DNA from: Nemertoderma westbladi | Lineage: Eukaryota > Animalia > Xenacoelomorpha | NCBI GenBank assembly: GCA_032718475.1 | Contig: JAUCBJ010007068.1 | Coordinates: forward strand, 1 to 64,000 | Direction of reading: 5' to 3' | Length of the DNA: 64,000 bases | Shown here: piece after piece, positions 61,412 through 64,000 of the stretch | Layout: each line of letters begins with the position of its first letter | Numbering within the stretch: position 1 is the first letter of the stretch | Translations under genes and position numbers: made by a program | The notes under the pieces: generated by a model | What the model was told of the DNA's origin: nothing | What the model saw: only the letters and a program-made list of their open reading frames with translations | Databases searched by the model: none

Positions 61412-64000
61412 AATATAAATTACCTGATCAGAGTTGCCTGATCAGCTGTTCGGTTAGGCCTGTACCTGTTACTAGTCCTTAGTCCAGCAGTCTGCCTGTT
61501 AGCCTGTTCCAGTGCTGCAGTAGGCCTAGTGCTGTAGAGACATGTACAGACTGACAGACTGTACATTGTACAGGCAGACAGATGTAGGCTTCCTAGAAGT
61601 GGATATGATACGGAATATTGGTACTAACTGACTCATGTGCAATTACCGGGCACAGTGTAGAGTATATTACCAATGTACTGATGTAGGCCTACTCAGCTAC
61701 CGGTACTGTACTGCTGTAGAACTAACCAACTCTCCATGGTTACAGGATAATGAGAAGTAATTTATTTTGGAGGATATGGGAAACCGCCATTTAATTTAAA
61801 TATGTAATTGACATCTTACAGTTGTATGATTAAATCCGGTACTTTCCCAAGTGTGTTATTTTTTGGTGTAGATTTTAATTACAGCTGTGTTCGCCTATGT
61901 TCCGCCTTGTATTCTATTGTGTTCTGCTGTGTTCTACTGTGTTCTGCTGTGTTCTGTAAAAAGATATATCCAGGAAATAGGCATACTAGCCTGGGAGGTG
62001 CGTAGCAGTGAGGTTAGAAATTAGTCACACTAGCCTGGGAGGTGCATAGCAGTAGGGTTAGGAATTAGTCACACTAGCCTGGGAGGTGCGTAGCAGTTGG
62101 GTTACGAATTAGTCTCACTAGCCTGGGAGGTGCGTAGCAGTGAGGTTAAGAATTAGTAACACTAGCCTGGGAGGTGCATAGCAGTAGGGTTAGGAAATAG
62201 TCACACTAGCCTAGCCTGGGAGGTGCGTAGCAGTAGAGTTAGGAATTAGTCACACTAGCCTGGGAGGTGCGTAGCAGTAGGGTTAGGAATTTAGTCACAC
62301 TAGCCTGGGAGGTGCGTAGCAGTGAGGTTAGGAATAAGTCACACTAGCCTGGGAGGTGCGTTGCAGTAGGGTTAGGAATTAGTCTCACTAGCCTGGGAGG
62401 TGCGTAGAAGTAGGGTTAGGAATTAGTCACACTAGCCTGGGAGGTGCGTAGCAGTAGGGTTACGAATTAGTCTCACTAGCCTGGGAGGTGCGTAGGAGTA
62501 GGGTTAGGAATTAGTCACACTAGCCTGGGAGGTGCGTGGCAGTATGGTTGTTAGGAATTAGTCACACTAGCATCGGAGGTGCGTGGCAGTATGGTTGTTA
62601 GTAATTAGTCACACTAGCCTGGGAGGTGCATAGCAGTAGGGTTACGAATTAGTCTCACTAGCCTGGGAGGTGAGTAGCAGTTGGGTTAGGAATTAGTCAC
62701 ACTAGCCTGGGAGGTGCGTAGCAGTAGGGTTACGAATTAGTCTCACTAGCCTGGGAGGTGCGTAGCAGTAGGGTTACGAATTAGTCACACTAGCCTGGGA
62801 GGTGCGTAGAAGTAGGGTTAGGAATTAGTCACACTAGCCTGGGAGGTGCGTAGCAGTAGGGTTACGAATTAGTCACACTAGCCAGGGAGGTGCGTAGGAG
62901 TAGGGTTAGGAATTAGTCACACTAGCCTGGGAGGTGAGTAGAAGTAGGGTTAGGAATTAGTCACACTAGCCTGGGGGGTGCGTAGAAGTAGGGTTAGGAA
63001 TTAGTCACACTAGCCTGGGAGGTGCGTAGCAGTAGGGTTACGAATTAGTCACACTAGCCAGGGAGGTGCGTAGGAGTAGGGTTAGGAATTAGTCACACTA
63101 GCCTGGGAGGTGAGTAGAAGTAGGGTTAGGAATTAGTCACACTAGCCTGGGAGGTGCGTAGCAGTAGGGTTACGAATTAGTCACACTAGCCAGGGAGGTG
63201 CGTAGGAGTAGGGTTAGGAATTAGTCACACTAGCCTGGGAGGTGAGTAGAAGTAGGGTTAGGAATTAGTCACACTAGCCTGGGAGGTGAGTAGAAGTAGG
63301 GTTAGGAATTTGTCACACTAGCCTGGGAGGTGCGTAGGAGTAGGGTTAGGAATTAGTCACACTATCCTGGGAGGTGCGTAGCAGTGAGGTTAGGAATTAG
63401 TCACACTAGCCTGGAAGGTGCGTAGCATTAGGGTTAGGAATTAGTCACACTAGCCTGGGAGGTTCGTAGCAGTAGGGTTACGAATTAGTCACACTAGCCT
63501 GGGAGGGGCGTAGCAGTAGGGTTACGAATTAGTCACACTAGCCTGGGAGGTGCATAGCAGTGAGGTTAGTAATTAGGCACACTAGCCTGAGAGGTGCGTA
63601 GCAGTAGGGTTACGAATTAGTCTCATTAGCCTGGGAGGTGAGTAGCAGTTGGGTTAGGAATTAGTCACACTAGCCTGGGAGGTGCGTGGCAGTAGGGTTA
63701 GGAATTAGTCACACTAGCCAGGGAGGTGCGTAGGAGTAGGGTTACGATGTGGTCACACTAGCCTGGGAGGTGCGTATCAGTAGGGTTAGGAATTAGTCAC
63801 ACTAGTCTGGGAGGTGCGTAGCAGTAGGGTTACGAATTAGTCTCATTAGCCTGGGAGGTGAGTAGCAGTAGGGTTACGAATTAGTCTCACTAGCCTGGGA
63901 GGTGCGTAGCAGTAGGGTTACGAATTAGTCACACTAGCCAGGGAGGTGCGTAGGAGTAGGGTTACGATGTGGTCACACTAGCCTGGGAGGTGCGTATCAG

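Larger units (their letters stand above)
59832..61971. mobile_element. Non-autonomous Mutator-like element (outer), TIRs of ~210 bp, 9-bp TSD
   Basis: ggatagttctttttacagaacacagc...cctcc (59832-60033) is the inverse of ~61768-61971. TSD aggaaatag at 59823-59831 and 61972-61980. Confidence 0.9.
59680..64000. repeat. 44-bp tandem array (GGGTTAGGAATTAGTCACACTAGCCTGGGAGGTGCGTAGCAGTA)n, interrupted at 59832-61971 and running off the window
   Basis: About 3 units at 59686-59831 and about 46 diverged units at 61972-64000. Confidence 0.95.

Overview
AT-rich eukaryotic (animal, probably invertebrate) genomic DNA; it is not prokaryotic and has no CRISPR array. The backbone is a minus-strand, multi-exon PITPNM/rdgB-type phosphatidylinositol transfer protein gene. 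I could splice ten coding exons in phase (ATG 48789 down to 5258, about 664 codons, with PITP domain, FFAT motif and DDHD domain), and the gene continues off the left edge. Its introns hold an intact, intronless antisense cyclophilin A gene, a tRNA-Gly(GCC) copy lacking one acceptor-stem base, LINE fragments (CR1, RTE-like, L2), a pogo-derived element nested in a palindromic MITE, several minisatellites and a 20.8-kb array of a 45-bp satellite. Upstream of the gene are a 5'-truncated CR1 with an open ORF2, a PIF/Harbinger element (dead transposase, intact Myb/SANT ORF) and two nested 9-bp-TSD MULE-like elements inside a 44-bp array. I found no convincing new protein-coding system. The most unusual signal is that the 45-bp satellite appears to have been amplified in place from part of a ~150-bp subrepeat of a dispersed element that also carries CTCF-like motifs and a tRNA-like Pol III promoter. 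All calls are from reading the sequence by eye; no searches were run.
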